Counted from the first letter of the stretch, positions 22,161 through 33,000 are shown. The stretch: DNA of 64,000 nt from an uncultured Desulfobacteraceae bacterium (GCA_964386565.1 CAYLRU010000001.1:153375-217374); one strand, 5' to 3'. The notes: a model not told the origin generated them from the letters alone. Translations and numbers: made by a program.

Positions 22161-22331
22161 ATGTCTGAAAAAACAAACCATAAAACATTACCGATTAAAG
22201 GCAGGGTTACGGCAAAGACCTGTGAATGCTGCGGCCATCATGAAATCGGCATTACGTTAAAAGACGGAACGTTTTTTTCGCTCAAACCGGGCATGATTGT
22301 CGAAATCGTTGAAGCCGTAACCGAGGATTAA
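22161..22331 (+). CDS. Small hypothetical protein (56 aa) with CECCGHH motif
   Basis: ATG at 22161, in frame with the track's TTG at 22143. I recognise no family. It lies 61 nt upstream of the cold-shock-domain fusion gene. Confidence 0.35.
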   Translation: MSEKTNHKTLPIKGRVTAKTCECCGHHEIGITLKDGTFFSLKPGMIVEIVEAVTED

Positions 22332-22392
22332 TATTTACCAGGTACCCGAGTTCCGCTTCAGACAAAGGCAAAGAGGAGACATTTAAATAGAT

Positions 22393-23016
22393 ATGCCATT
22401 GGAAGATAAAATGCCGATGCCGGTTTTTCCCTGTTTGAACTGCGATCGATCCATAAATGCCTTAAAACGGGCAGAACCCCCTCTTTTCTGTTCGGATGTG
22501 TGTCGCCGGGAAGCGGAGTTCGTCAGGTTCGCCCGGAAAATGATCGGCCGCCGCGAGGTATCAAAACCCAGGCTGCTAAGAGCATGCAAACAGTGGTTTG
22601 CTTTAATCGCCGGCAAAAAAGAGCTTTCTGACGGGGAAATAAGAACCTACCTGGACGATCTGTTCCATAGAATCGAATCGGAGAGGCCGTCAAGAGCCTG
22701 CGATGATGAGAAGAAATGGTACAAAGCCACCATGCAGAAAATCCTCTCCGAGAGAATCAAGCAATATCCCGTAACCGATGAGGAAATCGTATTGGGTAGC
22801 GGGAAACCCCTGAGAAGAAAGGGCGTTGTAAAGTGGTTTCTCGATGAGGAGGGCCATGGGATTATAAAACAGGATAACGGCGAAGAAATCGTTGTACACT
22901 ATACCGGCATTAACAAAAAGGGGTTTAAAACCCTGTTAAAAGGTGAGCGGGTGGTCTTTGATATAGAAAAAGGGATCAAGGGGCCTCGTGCCGTTAATGT
23001 GACCATCATTTCATAA
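22393..23016 (+). CDS. Cold-shock-domain protein with long N-terminal Cys-containing extension
   Basis: The C-terminal ~65 aa (KGVVKWFLDEEGHGIIKQDNGEEIVVHYTGI...) is a diverged CSD, with RNP1 as EGHGII and RNP2 as IVVHY. The N-terminus carries CLNC...CSDVC. Confidence 0.7.
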   Translation: MPLEDKMPMPVFPCLNCDRSINALKRAEPPLFCSDVCRREAEFVRFARKMIGRREVSKPRLLRACKQWFALIAGKKELSDGEIRTYLDDLFHRIESERPSRACDDEKKWYKATMQKILSERIKQYPVTDEEIVLGSGKPLRRKGVVKWFLDEEGHGIIKQDNGEEIVVHYTGINKKGFKTLLKGERVVFDIEKGIKGPRAVNVTIIS

Positions 23017-23451
23017 AACAAGAGTACCGTGTGGGCGCGCAGCAGGGTTTTCCGTAAAGAGAACGGGTAAACCCGGCCATGACCGGACCGCCATATCGGA
23101 CGGAGAAATATGACGGATCTTCACCTGCCAGTTGATGAGAGGCTTGACAAACCATTCAGATGGGTATAAAGCCAATTCACCGAAGAAGTTGGCAATTTTC
23201 GCTTTCATTGGCGAGAACGTCCACAAAACAATGCACAATGGCGTGCATGTTTTCTGTCTGAAAAAACAATGACGTTTGAACCCGGTTTCAGGGATCAGCG
23301 TCTTTTTTTATGGGTATGCCCGGAGGAGTGTCAAAAAATAATTTACGTTTTTGTATCATTATTTCCAGAAAAATTACAAAAAGGTAAATTATTTTGTTTA
23401 AATCAGACTTGCTAAATACGTATCATATTGGATTTATAGTTGTTTTTTCTA

Positions 23452-23466
23452 TGGCATGGAGATTGC
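23452..23466 (+). promoter_or_regulatory. Sigma-54 (-24/-12) promoter for the glutamate synthase genes
   Basis: TGGCATGGAGATTGC with exact GG-N10-GC spacing, about 103 nt upstream of the ATG at 23569. Confidence 0.6.
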
Positions 23467-23486
23467 ATAGTTTAACAAATGCCCTT

Positions 23487-23508
23487 GTGCAGGGCCAAAC
23501 CCCTGCAC
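23487..23508 (+). promoter_or_regulatory. Leader hairpin in the 5' UTR
   Basis: GTGCAGGG-CCAAAC-CCCTGCAC (8-bp stem) sits just downstream of the predicted sigma-54 transcription start. Confidence 0.4.
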
Positions 23509-23568
23509 TAAAAACGCAAAACCCGGCAAATTCGGTTTTTAACCATTTTCGTTTTCAGGAGAAAAATC

Positions 23569-24699
23569 ATGTGTCGTTTGTTTGCCATAACCAGTGATAC
23601 CCCTTTGTCACCCATTCTGGCGATGGAGGCCCTGGATATCATGCGTGAAGGCCATGACGGTTCAGGGGTCGGATTATTGCTCAGAGATCTGGGCGGGCCG
23701 TTTGAAGAGATGAAGGACGCGCCTATTTTATCCGGCATTTTCAGTGAAAAAGGGATTAAACGGCTGGACCGGTTTATGATGGATATCGGATTTATGACCA
23801 AATACAAGATATCCCTCAAGTTGCCGAAAACAGCTCCCCCGGGCGTTCCCAAACGGGACGTCTATCTGATCCGGGCCTATGAATATCCCGAGGAATGGGA
23901 AGGGCTGGATCAGGATGAACTGGATGAACGATTAATGAAGATACGGCTCCAGCTCAGGGAGATGGGCCAGGAAAAAGAAGACATGATCGTTTTTTCATTC
24001 TGGCCGGACGTGATCATGATCAAGGAAATCGGCGATCCCATGGCCGTGGCCAAATATCTCAACCTTGATCGAAAAGAACTCCAGGCAAGAATCATTATGG
24101 CTCAGGGAAGGCAGAACACCAACTATGCCATAAACCTGTATGCGTGCCACCCGTTTTTTATCCAGGGGTATTCGACCATGACCAATGGTGAAAATACCGC
24201 CTTCATCCCCATCAAGGAATTTCTCATGTCAAGGGGATTTCAGGGATACACGGGATTTCAGTCGGATTCGGAGGTCTTTACACATATACTGCATTATCTC
24301 TATAAATCGCTGGGATTGGACGTGGAAGCCTATAAGCATGTCATTACCCCGCTCCAATCGGATGCCCTTGAAAATCATCCCAATGCCCGGCTTCTGAAAA
24401 ATTTGAAACAAAGCTGCCGCCGGCTGATCATTGACGGACCCAATTGCGTTATCGGCAGCCTGCCGGATAATACCGTGTTTATGGTTCAGGACAGAAAAAA
24501 GCTTCGTCCCGGTGTTGTCGGCGGCAGACCGGGGATGTATGCGTTTTCATCGGAGATCTGCGGCTTGGATGCCGTTATACCGGATCGTGATAAGAGTCAG
24601 GATTTTCAACCCATGCACCTGGATACCGCCATCGTGGGTCCGGGGCGACAGGAGGTTGCCATATGTTGCCAAACAGCCCCATTACCCCTTCAACTTTAA
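23569..24699 (+). CDS. Glutamate synthase, stand-alone class II (Ntn) glutamine amidotransferase domain protein
   Basis: 376 aa beginning MCRLFAITS (Cys directly after Met), with GltB N-terminal-type motifs (HDGSGVG, RQNTNY). Confidence 0.85.
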   Translation: MCRLFAITSDTPLSPILAMEALDIMREGHDGSGVGLLLRDLGGPFEEMKDAPILSGIFSEKGIKRLDRFMMDIGFMTKYKISLKLPKTAPPGVPKRDVYLIRAYEYPEEWEGLDQDELDERLMKIRLQLREMGQEKEDMIVFSFWPDVIMIKEIGDPMAVAKYLNLDRKELQARIIMAQGRQNTNYAINLYACHPFFIQGYSTMTNGENTAFIPIKEFLMSRGFQGYTGFQSDSEVFTHILHYLYKSLGLDVEAYKHVITPLQSDALENHPNARLLKNLKQSCRRLIIDGPNCVIGSLPDNTVFMVQDRKKLRPGVVGGRPGMYAFSSEICGLDAVIPDRDKSQDFQPMHLDTAIVGPGRQEVAICCQTAPLPLQL

Positions 24700-26297
24700 G
24701 CATAAAAGATCTGCCCTGGCAGATTTTGTGGAATAAGGATAAATGCACGCTTTGCGGCAAATGCACAGCAGTATGCCCGGTTAATGCCATTGAGCCGGGG
24801 GTGTTTCGAAAACGGATCATTGAGCCGTCGATAAACATCACCGAGAAACCTGCAAATGTGTACAAGGTCTACTACGGTATCCGGCAAAAAACAGATCCGG
24901 CCCATGCCTGTATCGGATGCGGTATGTGTACCATGGTTTGCCCCAACGATGCCATCATTCCCGCAAGAAGCGATGAAAGCGACAAACTCAAATTTCATAT
25001 AGACCAGGGGGGCCAGCCCCGCCGCAGGGGGGGGCGGCGGAACATGTCGGGCGGTGTGCTCGATATGATCAAATTCATGCGAATTTCCATGCTGACGGAT
25101 CCTGCCCTGGATGCGGGTCGCCATGAATTTGAACTGCGAACATTGTTGGGAAGAGTCCTGCCGCCGGAGGAAAATCTGAAAATATTGAAAGAAAACGGAT
25201 GGGTACCGCCGGTCAGGGAAATATACCCCCTGGTGATCGGCAGCATGTCATTCGGGGCCCTGTCGCCGAACATGTGGGAAGGGCTCCAGATGGGAGTGGC
25301 CTATTTAAACGAGGAACTCGGCATGCCCGTCCGGATATGCACCGGAGAAGGCGGGTGCCCGCCGCGCCTGTTGCGGTCGCGGTTTTTAAAATATGTGATT
25401 TTGCAGATCGCCAGCGGCTATTTCGGGTGGGACGAAATTATCCATGCCATTCCGGACATGAAGGAAGATCCTTGTGCCATCGAGATAAAGTATGGCCAGG
25501 GGGCAAAGCCCGGTGACGGCGGCCTGTTGATGTGGTACAAAGTCAACAAGCTGATCGCAGCCATTCGGGGGGTCCCTACGGGCATCAGCCTGCCCAGTCC
25601 GCCGACCCATCAGACCAAGTACTCCATCGAGGAGGCGGTGGCGAAAATGATTCAGTCCATGTACATGGCCTGGGGTTTCAGGGTTCCCGTGTATCCGAAA
25701 ATATCAGGAAGTTCGACGGCCCTGGCCGTTCTCAACAACCTGACCCGGAATCCCTATGCCGCCGGACTGGCCATTGACGGAGAGGACGGCGGAACCGGGG
25801 CTGCATATAATGTGTCCATGAACCACATGGGGCATCCCATTGCCAGCAACCTGCGGGAGTGTTACCTGAACCTGGTGGCCCTTGGAAAGCAAAACGAGAT
25901 TCCATTGTTTGCCGGCGGCGGGATCGGGAAAAACGGCAACCTGGCCGCCAATGCCGCTGCATTGATCATGCTGGGCGCCAGCGGTGTTCAAATCGGAAAA
26001 TACATCATGCAGGCGGCTGCCGGGTGCCTGGGTTCGGAATCCGACCGGTGCAATATCTGCAATATAGGGCTTTGCCCCAAGGGGATTACGTCCCAGGATC
26101 CACGACTATACCGCAGGCTCGATCCGGAAAAGGTAGCCCAGCGCGTTGTGGATGTTTATCTGAGCTTTGATACGGAGCTCAAAAAAATTGTGGCCCCGCT
26201 TGGACGATCCACGTCATTGCCCATCGGGATGTCCGATGCTTTGGGGATCAGCGATTTTCATGCGGCGGAACGGTTGAAAATCAAGTTTGTTGTTTAA
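24663..26297 (+). CDS. Glutamate synthase FMN/Fe-S domain protein with N-terminal 2x[4Fe-4S] ferredoxin module
   Basis: 544 aa with CTLCGKCTAVCP and CIGCGMCTMVCP, then GltS FMN-domain motifs (GEGG, KPGDGG, IDGEDGGTGAA). SD AGGAGG lies 9 nt upstream of the ATG. The gene overlaps the previous one by 37 nt. Confidence 0.85.
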   Translation: MLPNSPITPSTLSIKDLPWQILWNKDKCTLCGKCTAVCPVNAIEPGVFRKRIIEPSINITEKPANVYKVYYGIRQKTDPAHACIGCGMCTMVCPNDAIIPARSDESDKLKFHIDQGGQPRRRGGRRNMSGGVLDMIKFMRISMLTDPALDAGRHEFELRTLLGRVLPPEENLKILKENGWVPPVREIYPLVIGSMSFGALSPNMWEGLQMGVAYLNEELGMPVRICTGEGGCPPRLLRSRFLKYVILQIASGYFGWDEIIHAIPDMKEDPCAIEIKYGQGAKPGDGGLLMWYKVNKLIAAIRGVPTGISLPSPPTHQTKYSIEEAVAKMIQSMYMAWGFRVPVYPKISGSSTALAVLNNLTRNPYAAGLAIDGEDGGTGAAYNVSMNHMGHPIASNLRECYLNLVALGKQNEIPLFAGGGIGKNGNLAANAAALIMLGASGVQIGKYIMQAAAGCLGSESDRCNICNIGLCPKGITSQDPRLYRRLDPEKVAQRVVDVYLSFDTELKKIVAPLGRSTSLPIGMSDALGISDFHAAERLKIKFVV

Positions 26298-26312
26298 ACG
26301 GAGTGATTCGTA

Positions 26313-28643
26313 ATGAATATTAAACAGGTGTATGAAATATCAGGAGAACAAAACGGGCAGCGCGTGGAATCCCGGATTCTTGAGGAACAGATACAGGCGG
26401 CCGTGGCTGCCGGAAACCGGCACTTGCTGATCAAGGCCCTCGGTCAGCACGGCATCGGCGGCAGATTATGGAGAGCGGGAAACGAACCCGTTCATGTCAA
26501 TATATACGGTCAGTGCGGGCAGCGTGTGGGGTCCATGGGATATCCCAATACCTATATAGAGATCATGGGACCGGCATCGGACGATGTGGGCTGGCTGAAT
26601 GCCGGCGCCCAGATCGTGGTGCATGGCAATGCGGGAAACGGTGTTGCAAATGCCATGGCCCAGGGGAAAATATATGTGGCCGGTAACATCGGCGCCCGCG
26701 GGATGACCATGACCAAGCATAACCCGCGAATGGATCCGCCGGAGCTGTGGGTCCTGGGATCGGTGGGGGATTATTTCGGAGAGTTCATGGCCGGGGGTAT
26801 TGCCGTCATTTGCGGTCATAAGGCCCAGAATCCGGATAACGTTCTGGGATATCGTCCGTTTGTGGGAATGGTGGGGGGCAAGGTTTTTTTCAGAGGACCC
26901 CATGCCGGGTACAGCCGGACCGACGCGCGGATGGTACCCGTCTCGGACACACAATGGCAGTGGCTATCCGATAATTTAAGGCGGTTTGTGGAACGAATCA
27001 GCCGGCATGAATTGCTGGATACGTTCCTTGATCGGGACGCATGGCAACTCATTGTGGCCCGGAAGCCCCAGGAGCGGGTCGCCAGGGAAAATCGGTCCAT
27101 GCATTCATTCTGCGTCGAGGTGTGGGAAAAGGAACTCGGACAGGGCGGCCTGATCGGCGACTTAACCCAACTGGATCGTTCCCCCATACCGGTGATTGTC
27201 ACGGACAAACTGCGTCGTTTTGTTCCTGTATGGGAGAATAAAAAATATATGGCACCGTGTGAAGGGGCCTGCCCGACAGGGATACCGGTACAACAGCGCT
27301 GGCAGTTGATACGGGAAGGGCGGTTTGATGAGGCCGTTGATCTGGCCCTGTCCTATACACCTTTTCCGGCAACGGTTTGTGGTTATTTATGTCCCAATCT
27401 TTGCATGTCGGCCTGTACGCGGCATATCAATGCCATGGCACCGGTTGATGTGACCCGACTCGGGAGGGCCAGTGTAGCGGCGGGCATGCCCGTGCTTCCT
27501 GAAAAAAGCGGGAAAAAAATTGCGGTAATCGGGGGCGGTCCGGCCGGAATTTCCATTGCCTGGCAATTACACCAAAAGGGACATGAGGCGATTATCTATG
27601 ACATGGCGGAGAAACTGGGGGGAAAAATCGTATCGGTGATTCCTGAAAACCGGATTCCCAAGGAGGTGGTTGAAGCGGAACTTGAACGTGCCGGGAAAGT
27701 GATCCCCAGGGTCAATCTGGCACGGGAACTGAGTAAAGATGACATTGAACAGATGAAAACCGACTTTGATTTCATCGTCATTGCCACGGGTGCCCACAAA
27801 CCGAGAATTCTTCCGGTTCCGGGAAAAGAGCGAATGATTCCGGCCCTGGAATTCCTGTCAAAAGCGAAAACCGATGCCATCCGGCCGGGGAAAACAGTGG
27901 TCATCATCGGTGCGGGGAATGTGGGGTGCGACGTGGCAACGGAAGCCCATCGTCTGGGTGCCGATGATATCACCCTGATCGACATCATGGAACCGGCCTC
28001 TTTCGGCAAGGAACGGGAAGAAGCTGAAAAAGCCGGGGCGAAATTCAGGTGGCCGTGCTTTACCAGGGAAATTACCGAACAGGGCGTGGTGTTGACCACC
28101 GGAGAAATATTGCCTGCACAAACAGTGGTCATTTCCATCGGCGATGCACCGGATCTTTCTTTTTTACCCGATGATGTGGCAACCCAACGCGGCTTTATCA
28201 TCACCAATGATATTTTTCAGACCTCCAATGCGAAAATATTTGCAGTAGGGGATGCGGTTAAACCGGGCCTGCTGACGGATGCCATCGGGGCCGGCAGAAA
28301 GGCCGCAAACGCCATTTCAGACATCATCGACGGCCGCAGACCAGTGGGCGATACGCGTAAAATAATCGATAAAAAGCGTATATCGCTGGAATATTTTGAT
28401 CCCCGGATCGTTTCTTTTGATGATGTTAATCAGTGCGGCACTCAATGTTCTTCTTGTGGTTCATGCAGGGATTGTGGTATTTGCGAAGCCGTCTGCCCAC
28501 AGTCGGCCATCAGCAGGCTTGACCGTGGAAACGGGGAATATGAGTATGCGGCGGATCCAAAGCTGTGCATCGGGTGCGGATTTTGCGCCGGTGCCTGCCC
28601 GTGCGGGATATGGGGGATGGTTGAGAATGATCCGCTGGATTAA
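26313..28643 (+). CDS. Fusion of GltB C-terminal GXGXG domain, GltD-like FAD/NAD(P)H oxidoreductase and C-terminal 2x[4Fe-4S]
   Basis: 776 aa. The N-terminus has GXGXG repeats (GNAGNGVANAMAQGKIYVAGNIGARG). The middle resembles GltD (CEGACPTGIP...CGYLCPNLC, IAVIGGGPAG, VIIGAGNVGCD). The C-terminus has CGSCRDCGICEAVCP and CIGCGFCAGACP. Confidence 0.8.
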   Translation: MNIKQVYEISGEQNGQRVESRILEEQIQAAVAAGNRHLLIKALGQHGIGGRLWRAGNEPVHVNIYGQCGQRVGSMGYPNTYIEIMGPASDDVGWLNAGAQIVVHGNAGNGVANAMAQGKIYVAGNIGARGMTMTKHNPRMDPPELWVLGSVGDYFGEFMAGGIAVICGHKAQNPDNVLGYRPFVGMVGGKVFFRGPHAGYSRTDARMVPVSDTQWQWLSDNLRRFVERISRHELLDTFLDRDAWQLIVARKPQERVARENRSMHSFCVEVWEKELGQGGLIGDLTQLDRSPIPVIVTDKLRRFVPVWENKKYMAPCEGACPTGIPVQQRWQLIREGRFDEAVDLALSYTPFPATVCGYLCPNLCMSACTRHINAMAPVDVTRLGRASVAAGMPVLPEKSGKKIAVIGGGPAGISIAWQLHQKGHEAIIYDMAEKLGGKIVSVIPENRIPKEVVEAELERAGKVIPRVNLARELSKDDIEQMKTDFDFIVIATGAHKPRILPVPGKERMIPALEFLSKAKTDAIRPGKTVVIIGAGNVGCDVATEAHRLGADDITLIDIMEPASFGKEREEAEKAGAKFRWPCFTREITEQGVVLTTGEILPAQTVVISIGDAPDLSFLPDDVATQRGFIITNDIFQTSNAKIFAVGDAVKPGLLTDAIGAGRKAANAISDIIDGRRPVGDTRKIIDKKRISLEYFDPRIVSFDDVNQCGTQCSSCGSCRDCGICEAVCPQSAISRLDRGNGEYEYAADPKLCIGCGFCAGACPCGIWGMVENDPLD

Positions 28644-28740
28644 AGCAGGTGTTTGGACTGTCAGAATTCAGGTAATGGGCGATTTTTCCCTAACAGCCTG
28701 TAGCCTGAACACCTAAACAGCTAACAAAGGGATTTTTTGC

Positions 28741-29883
28741 ATGGAAGCATTGTTAGCACTGGAGGACGGGCGAATTTTTCCCTGCCGGTCATTTACCGGA
28801 CCGCGGGAAACGTCCGGTGAAGTCGTGTTCAACACCGGCATGACCGGTTACCAGGAAGTTCTGACCGATCCGTCCTATTGCGGTCAGTTGGTCGTCATGA
28901 CCTATCCGCTGGTGGGAAACTACGGCGTCAATCCTGAAGATGTGGAATCTGATAAGATTCAGGTATCCGGATTCATTATCAAGGAATACCAGCCTGATTA
29001 CAGCAATTACAGGGCCACACGCAACCTTGCCGATTATTTGAAAGATCAGGGCGTCATGGGGGTTGAGGATTTGGATACCCGGGCCCTGACCCTCCATATT
29101 CGAACTGCGGGGGCCATGCGGGCGGTTATCTCCACAAATGATCTTGATCCCGAAAGCCTGGTCAGAAAGGCCAATGAAATTCCCAGGATGGCCGGTCTTG
29201 ATTTGACCCGAAACGTGACGACAAAGAAGCCGTATTTCTGGGAGCAGGGTAAAATCGTATCCTGTGACGCGGATCCGGCACAACTGGATAAGACCGTTTG
29301 GCAGTACCGCGGGAAAAAACCGGCAGTGGTGGCGATTGACTATGGTATTAAATATAACATTTTAAGGTGTATGGAATACCGGGGATTTGAAATCCTGGTG
29401 GTTCCCGGCCATACCTCGGCCGATACGGTCCGGAAACTGGATCCGGACGGGATCTTCCTCTCCAACGGACCTGGTGATCCGGAACCGGTTCAATATGCCG
29501 TGGATACCATTGCCGATCTTTTGGGATATCGCCCCATGTTCGGCATTTGTCTCGGCCACCAACTGCTGGGACTGGCCCTGGGTGGAAAAACCTTTAAATT
29601 AAAATTCGGGCATCACGGGTGCAACCAGCCGGTAAAAAACCTGTTTACCGGAAAGATTGAGATTACGTCTCAAAACCATGGTTTTGCAGTGGATATAGAC
29701 AGCCTGTTGGGAAAATCCATTGAAATCACCCATGTCAACTTGAATGACAACACCCTGGAGGGGTTCCGGCACAAGACTCTGCCGGTGTATTCCGTTCAAT
29801 ACCATCCGGAAGCATCCCCCGGCCCCCATGATGCTGAATATCTGTTTGGACAGTTTGTGGAGATAATGAAGTCTTTTAACTGA
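28741..29883 (+). CDS. carA: Carbamoyl-phosphate synthase small (glutaminase) subunit
   Basis: 380 aa, canonical CarA including the GICLGHQ catalytic Cys and QYHPEA. Confidence 0.95.
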   Translation: MEALLALEDGRIFPCRSFTGPRETSGEVVFNTGMTGYQEVLTDPSYCGQLVVMTYPLVGNYGVNPEDVESDKIQVSGFIIKEYQPDYSNYRATRNLADYLKDQGVMGVEDLDTRALTLHIRTAGAMRAVISTNDLDPESLVRKANEIPRMAGLDLTRNVTTKKPYFWEQGKIVSCDADPAQLDKTVWQYRGKKPAVVAIDYGIKYNILRCMEYRGFEILVVPGHTSADTVRKLDPDGIFLSNGPGDPEPVQYAVDTIADLLGYRPMFGICLGHQLLGLALGGKTFKLKFGHHGCNQPVKNLFTGKIEITSQNHGFAVDIDSLLGKSIEITHVNLNDNTLEGFRHKTLPVYSVQYHPEASPGPHDAEYLFGQFVEIMKSFN

Positions 29884-30048
29884 TTCAGCCGTGGTGAATT
29901 CGTAAAAAGCCGGGTTCGTCACGTTATTAAGTGTTGGGAATAAAAAAATTAGCTGAATACCGGACACTTAAAACCTGAAACGCAAAGCTCTCGTAAAGAG
30001 TTGTTTTCCGACTGTTTACGGAATCATCAAACGTTAATTGATAAAAAA

Positions 30049-33000
30049 ATGCCGAAGCGGAACGACATTCATAAAATATTAATTATCGGCGCAGGCCCCA
30101 TCATTATCAGCCAGGCCTGTGAATTTGACTACTCCGGCACCCAGGCCTGCAAGGCCTTGAAGGAAGAAGGCTATGAGGTGATGCTGGTCAACAGCAATCC
30201 AGCCACCATCATGACCGATCCGGAAATGGCCGATCGAACCTATATCGAGCCTGTTACACCGGAAGCCGTTGAAATGATCATCGAACGAGAACGGCCCGAC
30301 GCCCTTCTTCCCACGCTGGGGGGGCAGACCGGACTGAACACTGCCGTGAACGTGGCCCAAAGGGGCGTGCTGGATAAATACGGTGTGGAGTTGATCGGCG
30401 CCTCCCTGGAGGCCATTCAAAAGGCGGAAGACCGGGATCAATTTCGAAAGGCAATGGACACTATCGGCCTTCGAATTCCCCGGAGCGGCATAGCCGTTAC
30501 CATGGATGAAGCACGCGTAATTGCCGAGGATATCGGGTTTCCTGTTATTGTCAGGCCCAGTTTTACCTTGGGTGGAACCGGCGGCGGCGTGGCCTATAAC
30601 CCGGAAGAGCTCGAAATTCAGGCCAAGGCGGGACTCGATGCCAGTCTCATTAACCAGATCATGCTGGAAGAATCGGTCTTGGGATGGAAAGAATTTGAGC
30701 TGGAGGTCATGCGGGATAAAAACGATAATGTGGTGATTGTCTGTTCCATCGAAAACATGGATCCCATGGGGGTTCACACCGGCGACAGCATCACCGTGGC
30801 ACCTGCCCAGACCTTGAGCGACAGAGAGTATCAGTATATGCGGGATGCATCCCTGTCCATCATTCGGGAGATCGGCGTGGATACCGGCGGCTCCAATGTT
30901 CAGTTTGCCGTTCATCCCAAAACCGGTGAAATGATTGTGGTGGAGATGAACCCTCGCGTATCCAGGAGTTCGGCCCTGGCCAGCAAGGCCACGGGATTCC
31001 CGATCGCCAAAATTGCCGCGAAACTGGCCGTGGGATACACCCTGGATGAAATTCCCAACGACATCACCGGTGAAACCATGGCCTCTTTTGAACCGACCCT
31101 GGATTATTGCGTGGTCAAGATCCCCCGGTGGACATTTGAGAAGTTCCCGGAAACCCAGGATTACCTGACAACGGCCATGAAATCCGTGGGTGAAACCATG
31201 GCTATCGGCCGAACCTTTAAAGAGGCATTTCAAAAAGGCATTCGATCCCTTGAAATCGGCCGGTTCGGACTGGGGGTGGACGGTAAGGATGCGGATTTTG
31301 GTAACATTGCAGATATTTCTGATGTTGAGATCGAACAAAGACTTGCCACGCCCAATTCACAGCGGATTTTTTACCTGCGATACGCCCTGATGAAAAAAAT
31401 GCCTGTTCAGGCTGTTTATGAACTCACCGGAATCGATCCGTGGTTTCTTTGGCAGATAAAGCAGATCGTCGATTTTGAAGAACAGGTGGTGAAAACCTCC
31501 CCGTCGCTTTCCAGGGCGTTCTTAAAAAAAGCCAAGTCTCTTGGATTCTCGGATTTCCAGCTCGCCCATATGTACCGCGGCGTATCGGAAGATGATATTC
31601 GATCCGAGCGCCAAAAGCACCGAATCCGGCCGGTATATAAACTGGTGGACACCTGTGCCGCCGAATTTAGTGCTGCCACGCCTTACTATTACTCGACATA
31701 TGAAACAGAATGTGAAGCCAGGATATCGGATGGGAAAAAGGTGATGATCCTGGGCGGCGGGCCCAACCGGATCGGTCAGGGCATCGAATTCGATTACTGC
31801 TGCGTTCATGCTTCTTTTGCGCTGAGAGAAGAAGGCATCGAAAGCATCATGGTCAACAGCAATCCGGAAACGGTCAGCACGGATTACGATACATCGGATA
31901 AACTTTATTTTGAGCCGTTGACCAAGGAAGATGTATTGCACATCATCGAGACCGAGAAACCCACCGGGGTGATCGTTCAGTTCGGCGGCCAGACCCCGTT
32001 AAATCTGGCTGTGCCGCTTTATCGCGCCGGTGTCCCCATTTTGGGAACCCAGCCGGAAAGCATCGATCGGGCCGAGGACCGAAAACAGTTTCAGGCCCTG
32101 TTGAAAAAACTCGGCCTGGTCCAGCCTGCAAACGATACGGCTGTCACGGTGGAAGACGCCATGGCAGCCGCGGACATGATCGGCTATCCGGTTATCGTTC
32201 GCCCGTCATACGTTTTAGGGGGACGGGCCATGAAAATCGTTTATGAAAAAGGGGAACTTGAAAATTTTACACGGCTTGCCATTCATGCATCACCGGGACA
32301 CCCGGTACTCATCGATAAATTTTTAGAAGATGCGGTCGAGGTGGATGTGGACGCCATTTCAGACGGGCGGGATACGATTATCGGCGGTATTATGGAGCAC
32401 ATTGAAGAGGCCGGCGTTCATTCGGGTGACTCCGCTTGCGTCCTTCCGCCATACAATATCAAGCCTTCCATGATTGAAGAGATTGTTCTGGCGACCAAGG
32501 CCATGGCAAGGGAACTCAACGTCATCGGCCTGATGAATGTACAATATGCCATCAAGAATAACCAGTTGTATGTTCTCGAAGTCAATCCACGGGCATCCAG
32601 GACCATCCCCTTTGTCAGCAAGGCCACTGGAGTGCCCCTGGCCAAGCTTGCCACCAAGGTAATGGTGGGAAGGACGCTGAGGGCTCTTGGTTTAACCCGG
32701 GAGGTCCAGCCCACGCACATATCGGTGAAAGAAGCGGTTATGCCGTTTAACCGGTTTCCGGATGTGGACACCCTGTTGGGGCCGGAAATGAAATCCACGG
32801 GTGAGGTCATGGGAATCGACAGGGATTTCGGATCCGCATATGCAAAGGCCCAATTGGGCGCCGGGCAGACCATGCCGCTTGCCGGGACCGTGTTTATCAG
32901 CGTACAGGATCGGGACAAACAAGCGGTACTGGCCGTTGCCAAACAGTTTGAAGCGCTGGGATTTTCCATTGTCGCCACCCGGGGCACCTCGGATTTCCTG

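Noticed and set aside
23011-23238. 75-aa minus-strand ORF convergent with the CSD gene
   Set aside because: It has no SD, no recognisable motif and overlaps the CSD gene stop. It cannot be excluded as a small gene, but there is no positive evidence.
30079-31338. 419-aa minus-strand ORF
   Set aside because: It lies entirely antisense within the highly conserved carB. Its Gly/His/Arg-rich low-complexity translation is typical of an antisense frame in GC-rich coding DNA.
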